Assembly: GCA_037379345.1 (NCBI GenBank)
Contig: CM074514.1
Coordinates: 27,032,001-27,096,000, forward strand
Reading direction: 5' to 3'
From: Perna viridis
Lineage: Eukaryota
Length of the DNA: 64,000 nucleotides
The position numbers and the translations under genes are program-made. Under the pieces are notes generated by a model, which saw nothing but the letters and a program-made list of their open reading frames with translations, was not told the origin of the DNA and searched no databases. This document shows positions 49,828 through 63,016 of this stretch, piece after piece; position 1 is the stretch's first letter; the number at the start of each line of letters is the position of its first letter.

Positions 49828-50485
49828 GTGAAGTCAGCCTCATATCTTGACCTACACTTAGAGATCGATGGTAAAGGAAAACCAATGACCAAATTTTACG
49901 ACAAACGTGATAACTTTTCATTCCGAATTGTCAACTTTCCTTTCATCTGTGACAACATCCCTTCAGCACCTGCGTATGGAATTTACATATCACAACTCAT
50001 GCGTTATGTCAGAGCTTTCCGTAACTACGCAGACTTTTTTTTGTATCGCGCTAGACATCTTACAATTAGGCTTCTCGAACTGGGCTATGTTGCTGCAAGG
50101 TTAAAGTCATCACTACAGAAGTTTTATGGTCGCCACCATGAACTCGTGGGTCGTTACGATGTATCCATCTACACCATGGAAACTGATTTGTTCATCGTGT
50201 CATAGTTTTCCTTCTTCTTTCGTCCACCCCGGACTTGATTTTTTATGAGCAACTCGGCGGGTGTTTCTAGAAAAGAAGAGGACGCATTTTGTTACCGGTG
50301 CACCCAGTCCATGCTCCCAGTTTTTAGTGAAGTCTGAGTTGCTCATTTGCTTTTGCTACTTTGTATGTATTATTTAGTTACTTAATGTTCTCTGTTGTGT
50401 TTGTCTGTTTTTCATATTTGGTCTTTGTCCCTGGATTGCTTTCTTTTAATTTCTGCTAAAAATTTGGTTCCCTTGATTACTCTTT
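49828..50485 (+). mobile_element. Penelope-like retroelement 3' fragment (RT thumb/C-terminus plus tail)
   Basis: SASYLDLHLEID...YDKRDNFSFRIVNFPF...IPSAPAYGIYISQL...KFYGRHHELV, followed by the tail shared with 8609-8806 and 14059-14245. Confidence 0.82.
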
Positions 50486-50989
50486 CAAATAAAGATGAGT
50501 ACAAATTCAATGATGATTTATACTTGTAAGTCATAATGCAATTTAAAACTTATCCTCTAATTTTAATTTCTAATTACTTAGTATTAGTATTAATCAAAGC
50601 AATTCATGTATCGACGAAAAGCTATCGACATTTAGCTGCAAATAACCTGACAAAACTTACAAAATCTGCAGCTATCAACTACACAGCGGATATATTCAAC
50701 CCAACAACAGCGTGGTTTGTGCCGTTATACATATGATTCTCACATAACTGATAAGCAACATGTCTCTCACTTACAAATGATCATCATATAAAAGCAAGCA
50801 AACATTTCACACTATAGTCATATGATTATTTATTCCTGTTATTGATATCAAACGTTACAATTGGCCTTACCATCAGAGTATATTGCTGGGCCTACCAATT
50901 CAAGTGCACAGCTATAAAACTCCTTTCAATACCAACTCATTGGTACTTTACCTGCAGCAATTAGATATTGTCTCAAAAATTATTGTGAT

Positions 50990-51900
50990 AAAGCCTACTT
51001 TACAAATGGGGTCAATCAGAAATGGATGCTAAAAAAATCACGACAGTGTTTTCTACTGGTAGCATTACCAATTTAATAGAATAAAAACCTAAGTTTTCCT
51101 ATTAGTGCACCACACTTACACATAACAATCTAAGTCAGTCCTCCTCCACCATTATTTCTGTACAAAACATGGAACTAGAAATATGTTAATACTGCAAAAG
51201 GGAGAGAAAAGGCTTATTTTATGAAAACCCACATTGATTCTTACAAGACGTACTCTGGCGTTGGAATTTCTGTTCGAATCCTTTTTGTCGAAGTAGGAGA
51301 CGGGTGTTCTAGAAAGACCATTGAAATATCTGTGGGATCACATAGTGTGCCACTCTTGGTCGTTCTGTTTCTATATTCATATGTAGTTAGATTTTTATCA
51401 AGGCTACTACAGAAAAAAGTACCGACTAGCACAGTCTCTCATATTTTGTTTCCGTTATATAGATGATGTATCATCTCTGAATAGTCCTAATTTCAAAGAT
51501 TACTTACATTTGAACTTCAAATAAAAGAGACCGTTTAAGATCTTCTGCTTATTACTCGGACCTTGTGTATACATAGGTAATGCAGGACATTGGAAATCGA
51601 AACTTTATGACAAACATGATGATTTTGACTCTCCAATTGTAAACTTTCTCTTTCTAGGAGTAATATATCAACAGTTCCATTCTATGGAGTATACACTTCA
51701 CATATCTTCCGTTACAGTCGTGCATGCACTTTCTTTGTAGAACTAAGATATTATCTAAAACTTTTTAGATAGATGTATGTTAAACCTTTTCCATTTCAAT
51801 ACTACAGAAGTTGGTCGTCATTGCATCTTGATCTGTATTAAGTTTATGTCTTAGAGATGAGATAATACATCTACAGTTTTACCGGCTTGACAGACACTCA
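50990..51900 (+). mobile_element. Older, heavily degenerate Penelope-like RT
   Basis: PLLVVLFLYSY, FRYIDDV (~51450), KLYDKHDDFDSPIVNF and YGVYTS...RYSRAC, with stops and frameshifts. Confidence 0.75.
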
Positions 51901-53826
51901 CCTGATTTTAATCATTTACAATGTGGTTGCGGGTTGATCGGGACATCATTCCGGAGAACGTAATGTCATTTCCGGGTTATTCAGGGAGTTCATATTGCAA
52001 ACGCTGTAGTTTTTGTTGTGTGTGTGCTGACTTCTTCTCTCCATTTCATACACGTAATTGTATTTTATTCTGTTGTCTACATTGTGTATGTGCATCGTCG
52101 CTGTATCCTGTTTTCAGGTGTGTCATGTTTTTTTTTTATCCTAATGCCTCTGAATTGTCCTTCTTTTTTAGGCTTTGGTATTTTTTTTTTGCCGATATTT
52201 ACCTCTCTTTGAATGACAATTACTAGAATATAGTAAGTAATTGTGGGATAACTGTGGGTCTTTCAAGTTTTCAAAGAAGTTTGCATCTTGTGGCCATGAT
52301 ATTATAACATGATCTTATTTTAAATGAAATGGCTTAAAAGGTGACTAGAGAATTGCAATAGCTGCATTATTAAATCAATCTAGAAACGTACACGCTAATG
52401 ATGTTATTTTTATTTTTCTAAATGATTGAAGCTTTATTCTAATAATCATCGATTTTAATCCAAACTTATATTTCTCAGGTTGATCACGTGTTTGGATAAA
52501 CAATTTTATTTCCTTGAATCTTTTTGCGATGTTAGTTTCTACAATTGGCACTGGAATAGTTTTACTAAAAGTAATAGCTAACCTAAACAGCTGGCAGTCT
52601 CTTAGCTTTATCTATGTTGAGAATTAAATCTTATGCAAATGTGTACCTTGTAACTTTTGACTTTTATTTATGAGTATTGGTTTATTTACCTTCAAATGAT
52701 TGACTTTGGCCTTTTTGCAACACCTCCAAATAATGGACAAATAATAGTGTCAAGTATCAAGATTTATAACATTTAAATTTTGTCTAAGAGGTCCTCTCTT
52801 GTTCATGATGCACCTTCTAATAATGGATGATGATATTCACACAAACCGTCAAAATTTAGCATTACTGCTTTGACAGACATATATGGCGACATTTTGTGAA
52901 GTTTTTAATATGTTGACAAACTCTACAAAAGACGCTGTGGTAGAAAGCGCCATCAATTTTAGAGACAAGCATTTTTAAAAGTCATTTTGACTAAAGATGA
53001 AATTTTCGTCCGCCCAAACCTTAGTGAAAGCGATTAATATCATTTGGTGCCATTCCGTATATCTCCTCAACATGTTTCTTTCACCGAAAATATCTTTAAA
53101 CGTAAACGCGTCTTTTTAAAGTTACTTTCTCTACAAAATAAACTATAGTATTTTTTATCTCTTTTCTTTTTCTATTGTTCAAGCCGGCCTAATTTAAGAG
53201 CCGCCATGCCGTGCATTGTGCGGATTCCCACCCACTCTTCAGCCAAACCAGCGACTTGACCAATCAGCATCCGTTATTTTCTTAACTTATTCCCATGTTA
53301 CGCCACTGGTTGCCCATGAAAAGCTTTTGATTATTCATCCCTTCTCGCGTGCATCTTAAATCTTGATAGCGGGAATTTAAACTTAAAAAAAAAACCTGGA
53401 TGAATGTCTCTTGTCTTCGTAGCACCACTACACTGAACTTCTTGGGGGGTTGTATGAAGTACTAGCCGTGCGAGATCAGATAGACGATGTAAATAAAAAA
53501 AGAACTTTAATCTAGATCTTAACGATGGCAATATTTTATTTTCAAAGATCCTTTTAACCAACTTTTTAACAATAACTTTAAACACAAATATAGTAATAAA
53601 AACACTGAATACAAACGCAGATTGCGTAACAGACATTGTTTCACTTACAGAACGGCAGTGTGCTTGCGTTGCTATGATATTTAGTTAAAAATTACCTTAG
53701 ATTCAGTTTTGTTACACTTCACCAGAGGCTCAAGCCGAATACGTTTGTACAATTCCCTATCCTTGGCGTTTTTCAATAAATATATATGTCTATTATAAAA
53801 AAAATATTAAAAAAATGTAAGCAGAA

Positions 53827-53827
<1 letters not shown>

Positions 53828-53860
<33 letters not shown>
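53828..53860. repeat. (TTA)n microsatellite; similar AAT tracts at 44511-44542 and 47937-47975
   Basis: Read directly. It is absent from the paralogous flank near 32520. Confidence 0.9.
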
Positions 53861-53861
<1 letters not shown>

Positions 53862-54062
53862 ATGATTGGTTATTAAAAATCGTCGGACCTGTATATAGGG
53901 AAGGGCTTGTTCCAAGTTGGAAACAAGTTCTTTGGACTTGTATCATATATGCACAAACACTGCTTTGCAAAGAAATACAATTTCACTTTCTCTATAGATA
54001 AACGTATACGTTAACCACCTCTTTCCATCTTTCCTCGCACCTGTCAGTGGCAAGTAAAGCTG

Positions 54063-57000
54063 TTATTTCAGTATGAAAGGTAGATGTTTGTAATAGTAAG
54101 TTTCAAATGGTAGATTTACGAATGTTCTATTGTACATGTACTCTTCTAAACAGTCGAGAGCAAAATATTGAAAGTCCATGTAAAATTTGTTCGCGAAAAA
54201 TTCTTTTTTTGAGACTAGTTCATTGAGATCAGCTACTCCAAAAACGCACACTCCCCGAACGTATTTTCCGTGACACTTGTCGCGTCCTCCCCATGAAGCA
54301 TAAACGGCTAACCAAGGTTTAGTATCTGGATTTCCTGAAGATAAAAAAAAATTAAATATCAGTGTTTTAAACAAAAAGGCGTTACCAACTTTGCGGCATG
54401 TGGCATTTTTTTTTACTTTTTCCTAGAGTATATCAGTTCAGTAATTTCAAATTGTTAATACCCTCTCTTGACTGAAAAAAAGTATGTGATAATTTTCTTT
54501 ATTTTACCTCGTTCCCCTCAAGTGTTTTCTGTCAAATAAATAAACAAATTCAAGTGACTGTTATCTAACCCAACAGTACTTGAAGATTCAGAAAGGGTGA
54601 ATGCGAAGACAAGTACACAATTTGTCCATTGTTTAGAATGCTGTTGAAGGCGAATGTTTGTGTAGTCAACTATTAAATTATGTTTGTTTCTTAAAAAAAA
54701 CATGCTTTTTTTCTAGTACATGTGGCTCAAAATTGTGTAGTCCACTCCTCACCCTGATTAAATCAAGAACTGTCACCACCATTATATATCGTTCTCGGCG
54801 TCGTTTAAATAGATTCTTTTGTGATAGTTCGTGGCACAGATGGTCTGGCTTTTGCTAATATAATTCGTTCAATTTCATGGTTATTATTTTTTTTGAGCGT
54901 GTAATTTCTTTCCACAATTTACCAATGTAGGAATTAATGGACAACAATAAAACGGTTCTTGTGCTTTTATTAATGAACTCGGATAATATAAAAAAAAATA
55001 CCAGTTAAATATAAACTGGTATGTGAAGTTTTGCAATTGTAGATCTCGAAGAGAATAGCAATCATCAGTCCTGGGTGATAACCCATACTATCCCCTCTCC
55101 CAATCATTGTAGGTCACTGCAAGACCTTTCAAATTTGACATTGCTTCACATAAGAAACAATAATTAAGATGACAAAATAAACTTTCTTTGATCATGTAAC
55201 AACATATAATAATTCTACTACTACATACTAGAAACATTTACAGTGTCCCATATTAAAACTCGATCCATTGATGATACTGTTGGGTTTGAATGGAAGTGTC
55301 GGTTAAGTTGATTCACGGGCTAGTATGGAAAATCTTATGCAATAACGATAAACAAATGATAACGGAACAAACGGGAAATATGTAATAAACCTCAATGTCA
55401 TCTCAAGTGAGTCATTGATTGCAACTGTGCGTTTTATTTTTTTTTTCTTTTCGATTTCACCATGCATTAAAAAGCAGAATACATCTACATTACGGGAAGG
55501 GAAATTAGTCACAACCAGTAGCAGTTGTAAGTTTGCAAAGGGATATGGATGCGTTTGCTGCTTAAGTAGCTGTCTTTGTAAGAATCATGCAAAATCTTAA
55601 AAATGTGATGTATTCCAAAAAAGGTCACATATTTTTATTTTTGTAATTAAGTTGTTTTATTGGTCTTTACTGTGAAATGTGTAATTACTCATTCAAATCT
55701 GCCTGCTCCTAGGAGATAATCAACATTAAAAATCCAATATTCTATTCTATTTGAGTGTCATTTACAGAGTTATCCCCCTTAACTTTGAAATATACAGTGC
55801 ATTCTATATAATTTTTATCTCCTAAGAACACGGGTTGTATGAAAAACTGAAAGATTATTTCTGTTTACTATGACAATTCAAAGAAAATATAAAAAATAAA
55901 GATATGTAGGCTTTTTACCTATGAATCACATTTTGCATGATTCTTAGCTGGAGTGCCACTTAAGTAGTGTGGAAGCTTAAGCTAATATTTTAAATTTCAG
56001 TCATACTGAATGGTTTTATTGAGTACATCTAAATTGTTACCATTGTTACGGTCAAATCATTATTTATTTTAATGAGAATTTAAATATTTAGTAACTTATA
56101 ACAGGAACTTTTTATACACTCCCTGCTAATACAAACAGCATTATTGTAAAATTCCCTATGTCAACATTATCTTTTTTCTACCACAACCTATTGAAACTGG
56201 TTTGTAAAGTTCCGTACTATTTCATATAACTCAGGGATATTGAAATAGATAATTAAAATAATAATAATGAATAAAATAAAAAAGTGACTCATTTATTGAA
56301 TTACCACTGTATCGAACGGAAGTAATCAACAAAAATGATAAAATGTTTTGCAGGACGCAGCTTCATACGAACGCCGATGCAAAGTGATTGATAAAAGGTT
56401 GAAGAAACTACTAATATCAGACCCCTTTTGCCCTTAGGCTAAATTCCTACATCATAAGGGCCATAACTATTGTAATCAATCAAAACATTCCTTATGAGTT
56501 ATATAGAGCCTATTACTACAATTCTAGATGTACACACTTTCATCCAATTAACTGTCCAGAAACCAGAAATGTGTTGGTGTTTGGTCATATCTCCTTCATG
56601 GATACGGTAAAAACCTCAATCAAGCTTCACTGTTGATACATGTATGAAACCTTTTGATACAATAACGTAGAGATCCTTTACACATATACTTCAGTTATAT
56701 AATGAAGTTTTAAAATGCTTGCGGGTGACCTCCTATTCTTAAGCAGTAAAGGGTTATTATCTTCATTTTGTGGTAAGTAACCTTACAGTACGATCAAACA
56801 GGTTAGTTTTCTGGTTTGAAACACTATTATTAAATTTTATCAAAGTCCGCTAACTGCTATTCATGTTATCGCTCGAAAACCATGTTTCTACGGACGACGA
56901 CAGTGCCATGAACAATAAATTAAAACGCTTTACTTACCACTATATCGACCCGGAGCTTTGAGTATCTCGTTATGGTTGAGAGTAGCCCAATAATATTCAT

Positions 57001-57970
57001 CCGGGCTTTTAACGTCCATCATATAGTCAAATATATCCTTGGCACGTTGATCATTAATTATGTAGTGAACAAACGCACGGCTGAATATGCCATACGCACT
57101 TCCTTTCACCATGGAGGCACTGTAAGGTAACGTCTTGTTCTTAAGTCCCATTCGTTTAATAGTTCCGTTGACGTATTTGTAGCTGAATTTAAATCGACCA
57201 GGCATTTGTCGACCAGGTGTAGAAATTCCCTCAATGTCATTAGCGCCATTGTAAATCTTGAGTATTTTGACCATTTCAAGGTTTGTTTTAAGGGGGAACT
57301 GCTGATGGGGCAGGTTGAAAAAGTATTTCCATTTTTCAGATATGACAAGAAGGTCCGACATACAATTTAGATCTGCTTGAAGACGACTGACGTGATTGTA
57401 TATGATATCCTCTGTTTTAGAAACGATAAAAACGTTTGGGAAACAGTCCGCTATTGCACGCATTGCCCTATGTAAATCTAAAGGAGAACTTTTATCCACG
57501 TGGATACAGTAAAAGTTTTGAGGCCGATAGATAGCGCGTAAAAGGCGCTCCGTCTGATCGACATCTTTGTATGTTATTATGCTAAATGCCAATGGAAAGT
57601 CTTTTTCTTCGCTCGTGACGGGATACGAGTCATATCGCAGTGATTTACGGAAATTAGAACAGTCTTTTGCCTTTTCGATAAAATCTGCATTATTTATGCG
57701 TCTTGCAGTTTGTAATTTCATATACGCTTTTGCAAGTGCCGTTTCATTTTGATCAAGCTCGATTATCTTTTTGCAGTCAATCGGGAGTCTTCTACGTCTC
57801 GGTGGAATGGTTAATAAAACTCTCGGTGATGCTACTTCCTGTTTCAAAGGCAGTACTAGATCCCTTCGTTGCACTCTGACTTGTAGCACCACAATGTCGT
57901 ATAACGTCGAAGCAATAAATCCTACAATACAGAACAGCAGAAGCTGTTTCGCCAACTGTCGTTTTCTCAT
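54063..57970 (-). CDS. GCNT: Core-2/I-branching beta-1,6-N-acetylglucosaminyltransferase (GT14, GCNT family), 434 aa, two coding exons
   Basis: Exons 57970-56938 and 54334-54063 joined by a phase-1 GT-AG intron, 1305 nt. Type II signal anchor. Motifs FPLAFSI, ERLLRAIYRPQNFYCIHVDKS, SRLQADLNCM, WKYFFNL, FPLKTN, KGSAY, SPDEYYWATL, C.G.YVR.VCVFG, FANKF. Acceptor at 58003-58002. The symbol is family-level only. Confidence 0.95.
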
Positions 57971-58365
57971 AACATTCCCCGTCTACCAAACTCTAACACT
58001 CCTGCAAAATATAGAAAAACAACTAAACTTGAAATAGCGGATATATTCTGTGCAAATACTTAAGAAGGAACAGACGAATAATGTAATAAGTGAAAACAGG
58101 TTATCAGGGTATATATAGAAAAAGAGTGAAACAACTTAAACCTTTTCTTATTTTTTACAAAAGGTATTTTCAGTGGTAAATACTATTGCAAACGCGGACA
58201 ATCTTTGTTGTTTGATACAGAAAACTCGCAATACTATGTCATAAGAATAATTTATAGATTGTAAGACATTTAATGTATTTCAACACATAGTTATATGACC
58301 AATCAAAAAAGATCCAGTACACGTTAGCTTAATATGTCATTTTTTTTGTTCGTGGAATCAAAGTC

Positions 58366-58700
58366 TTAAGTACCAGTTCATATAGAATTCAGACACTGCC
58401 TTATGTAGAAGTGATTCACTGTGTAAAAAAACCCACAGAACAAATGATGGTTCCTTGCTCTACATATACTATACTTTTGAGTAACAACAGTCCTTTCTGT
58501 ATTCAGATCTGTACTTCTGAGGAAAAAGCATACTTTGATCTCCTAGTAAATTTCATTACATTAAACTAAATCAAGAACGGTAACTTGAAAAGTGCGAATT
58601 TCATACACAACCTATATAATTTTTATCCCAAAAGCTCAAGAACCAAATGACAAACTAAGGACGGTTTTGTGGTCAGTATTTATTACAGATTTAGAAATAA
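58366..58700 (-). repeat. Dispersed ~330-bp repeat, copy 3 (inverted)
   Basis: cttaagtaccagttcatatagaattcagacactgcct...gtgattca is the reverse complement of the ends of copies 1 and 2. Confidence 0.72.
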
Positions 58701-59329
58701 ATAGTGAATTTGGTTCGGTTTTTTAAAAGAATCACCTCCTGTCTGATTTTTATAGACTGCTACTTAATACTCAATCGTCGTTCTGTTTCTATCCATTGTC
58801 TTAATACTGCAACAAGAAAAAAACGGGTTGAGTCTGAAACACGAATATTTTGAATGCCTTGGTAACTTCAAAACAAATTCAAGTAAAGTTTGTATGGTCA
58901 AAACAAAACGTTATGTTCGATCAGTGAAAGTATATTGTTTGTAAATAATACTAGTAAGTAATATACGGTTGCTCGGTTACCATATTTTTATTTATCCCCT
59001 TTTATACCGATATACTGATGTACACAGTGGATGTACATACAGTGGATGTACTCTAGAAATCACTCACTATTTTAATTATTTAGTCACATAGTGAAAATCA
59101 TAGAAATACAATTAAACCACTAATCGAAAGAGCTGCAAGTAGAATTAAACCTTTACTATAACTTACTATAAGATTTCTTTTCGACAAGGGGTGTAACCTC
59201 TGGTAATTAAAAGAACCACAATTTTGCACAAGACCAAATTAAAGTTTCGCAACAATTTTAACTGAGAATTAAATTTAAAAAAGAAAACCCCGAAAACGAC
59301 ATGGTTAGCCATGCAATAATGTCTTTAAA

Positions 59330-59406
59330 GTAATAATGCAATAATGTCGTTTAAAGTAATAATGCAATAATATCGTTTAAAGTAATAATGCAATAATGCA
59401 ATAATA
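59330..59406. repeat. ~25-bp tandem repeat, 3 copies
   Basis: Unit approximately aatgcaataatgtcgtttaaagtaat. Confidence 0.8.
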
Positions 59407-61289
59407 TCTGTTTTGGAACAGTTTTTTTAATGAGACATCTTACCTTTATATCAGAACCTAAATAACTTGAAAGTGTGAACCGTTCCGCTTTATATGGACG
59501 CCTTATCATTTACTGTGATATTGTGGATTCTTTTCTGTTTTCCCCTTTGGAAAAGACCAATAGTATCCGGATGTCAGATATCGGACATTCAATACTCATA
59601 TGGTTGTACTTACTAAATCTGACATTTCGGTTTTGATTATTAGCATTACTAATTTATTGGTTGATTTAATCAATAATTGAATCAATCAGATGAATGGCCA
59701 TGCGTGTGACAACTGTTTTTGATTACTGATAACCGGTCCCAAGAAGGTATAACATCAATAATTTTATATTTCAAGAGTAATTAAAAATCAGTTTTGTTTA
59801 AATCTCGTGTCATCTCTCAATAAACATATTGATACAACATATAAGGTAAATTAAGGACCAAACGAAGTAATACGAGATCCAGGTATAACCTATATGGTCA
59901 TCTTTGAAAAAGTGTTGAGTTGTCTTGAAGCAGAAGTTCATCTATAACAGCTGTTTCAGGTGAAGATTGTCGATATTGTTCTTCACGTCGTATTAATACT
60001 TTTGACGTACTTGTGTAATATTTGACAATATATCAAGTTTATAAACAGAGAATAGTTTGAGAGGAGGATATTTTTTTCAATTAATATACCATCAAAAATT
60101 CATATGCAATGCTCATTATCATGTACATGCAACTTCGACCAAATATTATTTTTGGTTCACAGACCATTCTTAGATACTCCAATTGTCCAATTTTATGATC
60201 CTAACTAAACCAGCCTATATTCGCTGGTAATTGGTTCAACCATCGCTTAAGATAGACGTTCACAGATACGAGAAAAAATGAATGATATCATTGATAAATT
60301 TCTCAATGAGCTTTTACTTTGTTTACGTTTAGGTGTTTTGTTTTGTTTTTCATTTCGCCATAATAAAACAATCATATTTGTTTATCCATTAATATATTTA
60401 CCACTATCGACATTGACGGCTTACAATCTTTGATTGGTTTATAGAGTTGCAGAGTTCTGATTTGTTTACAATTAATACTCATCATATACTCATTTTATGC
60501 GTATAAACGTAGTTTATCAATCTTGTTTTATCTTTGGCGAATGAAAAAAATGTTTACGGACAGACGAACAGTAAATGAGTTGATAGAAAAACAAATTTGG
60601 GCTATAATAATGAAACGCAAGTGTAATTCAAGTGTGTTGTGTTAACAATAGCTATATGCTTTAAAAGTCATGTATTTTTAAAAGGAATATGTGCGTGTGT
60701 GTGAAAAAATCACCATCCTTCGTACACCGATTTGAAACGGTATTAATTCATTCGATGAGTGACTGTGACAGTGTAAGATACGAATACGTTTGCCCCTTCA
60801 GTATAGTTATTTTCTATAAAAGCTGTAAAGTTGACATTAAAGATTTGGAATTTACGTGCTAGAATTCCGGAAGCATTTTTAACTACACGACAACCTCTTG
60901 GAATCTTATTGTTGGTTATTATTTGCTTTTTTGGCTTTTTTGACGAATTCCTTCAATAAAGACGGTTTCATTTAAAAACATGCTGAGAGCGTCATCTCGA
61001 AGAATAAAGAATAAAGTATGCCATTTTCTGTTGACAAACGGTAGTGGTTTAGGTTTAGGAATTCGAATACCACTACATTGTATTTCCGCGGCATTCTTTC
61101 TGTCCAATTCATTAAATATCTGACAGCCAGACTTTCTTCAAAAGCCACCGATATCAAACCACACAAACTTTTACTGGCAACAACAAATGCCACCAAAACA
61201 ACTTTAAAAACCTTTATAGTTATGATATATATTGCCAGCGTTAGGCGAACATTTGATGGCAACATGCTTGACTACTAAGGTTTTTTAGG

Positions 61290-61800
61290 CATGAGAGGAA
61301 TATTAAAAAGACTGTCAGTGATAAGCGGACATCTGATATCAACATGCTTGAAATCGAAGACTCAGCAGGCATGAGGAATATTCCATATATTAAGGAATTC
61401 GTCCGATGAAGTTCTCGAATCCGAAATTACAATTTTTAAATGTACTCATGATTCATTGCTTGACATACTCGTGGAACAAAGAAGACCAATTGTGTTCTTC
61501 ATTACGTAGAACCGGTATTGGAGACTCGAAAAAACGTCCCAGCTACTAGTTAAAGACACTAGAAGGATGACTTATTGACGGTCGTGAAAAAGTGATACCC
61601 TGAAGTTGGTTTTTACTTTATTGATCCCGAGCAGATCTCCCTGAAGAAGCTCGCGAAATATGCTTGGCACAAGTGGAACAAATTGACAGAGTGTTTGTTT
61701 GTCTTCTATCCGTAGTTCAGTCATCAGATTGATCACATAAATGTAATCTCTAGTAGCAGAAGTCTCAACCAAACTGAACTTTGAATTATCTTCTACAATT
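61290..61800 (-). mobile_element. Degenerate PIF/Harbinger transposase fragment
   Basis: NLMTELRIED...P.IFRELL...KTNFR, then SLQYRF, VCQAM and WNIPHAC*VFDFKHVDIRCP, resembling the Harbinger WNFPxxxGAxDGKHxxIxxP motif. Confidence 0.65.
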
Positions 61801-62104
61801 TCTTCTCTGTAACATGCAACATGCCTTGCTGGGCTAGATTGCCCAATCCGTAAGTCTTTACAAAAGAGCAAAATCAGAATTGACACTGTCAATTCGTCCT
61901 ATACATCAGATCATAGAAAAACGTAAGACATTATAGACGAGTGTAGTAACATATATATTTTATGCGTAGTAGTATATTACTACCGCAAGTTATGACCGTA
62001 CATATTTTAGCTGTATCGTAAGAGTAGTAACAGAACGAGGGAGAATCGACGAAGGAGTTACTAGTTGCATGCAGGTCGTGGAACAATCGTACTAGACATA
62101 TTGT

Positions 62105-62537
62105 ATGAGGACGGGAAGTTTACATGAAATAATCGATTAGCTTTGAACATTACCCAGATTCCGATTCGGGCTCTTGGGCTCGTTACAAGACTATATAGAT
62201 CATATACATTAGCATATCCCGATATTTATGAATATTCACTGCCAGTTGCTTAATCTGGTTCCTAAACTGGATCCCTGGTGATCCAATGATCGTTACAACG
62301 TACCTCTTTTAAAACATCATACGCATGTCCATGCGTGTTTTTGCTTATATGAGAACGGGAAGTGTTCATTAAAAGATGAAATGATCGGTTGGCATTGAAT
62401 TTATGTAATATTACTCAGTTTCCGATTCAAACACAGGCGTACAATTGACTATATAAAGGTCATATATATGTTATCAGGACCCGATATCTATACATACGTA
62501 GCCATTGCCAGTTGTTTAATCTCGTTCCAGGTGATTG
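62105..62537 (-). repeat. Inverted homologue of 29673-30115
   Basis: For example gccagttgcttaatctggttcctaaactgg is the reverse complement of ccagtttaggaaccagattaagcaactggc (~29961-29990). Confidence 0.78.
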
Positions 62538-62859
62538 AAAACACTCAGGTCATTACGGTTACGAAAGAGTACGCAATCATATCAAGGGAACCAACATTTT
62601 TGCGGTAGTCACCCGATTTTAGGGCATATCCCATTCGTACCATTTCGGATGTTGAAAGGAAGCCAAAATCAATGACAGAGAATAATTGACGATAAGCGAC
62701 TTTCAAGGCTTCAGTCTTTGCTTATTCTAGTTCCCCCGATTCCAAATCGATCTACCGTGAAGGTCGTGGATACATAGTTGTGTCGTGGCTCGTTGAGACA
62801 GGGACTAGAAGGTCACATTCATATAAACGTCTCAGAATGTGACAACTCTATACGCTACA

Positions 62860-63016
62860 CTGCTTCATCGGATCAAATTGATAGAAAGATAACGTAAGCA
62901 TAAAAGGTTTGGAAAAATTCCGAACGATGTTTAAACTGTTGGTCGTTCCCTCTGCGAGACTCGAACTCGTACCGCTGTGACATCTACAGCAATACCGCCT
63001 GCACAAAGTCCAGCGT
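62860..63016 (-). mobile_element. tRNA-derived SINE head remnant
   Basis: B-box-like GAGTTCGAGTCTC in a T-arm-like stem on - (~62957-62969). No complete cloverleaf. Confidence 0.45.

Noticed and set aside
53773-54001. Poly-Leu/poly-Asn ORFs resembling a signal peptide
   Set aside because: Produced by the (TTA)n microsatellite in the GCNT 3' flank.
54520-54870. Death-fold/CARD-like peptide in the GCNT intron (KPDHLCHELSQKNLF...)
   Set aside because: The resemblance is weak, the frame is short and broken, and there is no splice support.
62940-63016. tRNA gene
   Set aside because: Only a B-box/T-arm-like motif, with no acceptor stem or anticodon arm. Better explained as a SINE head.
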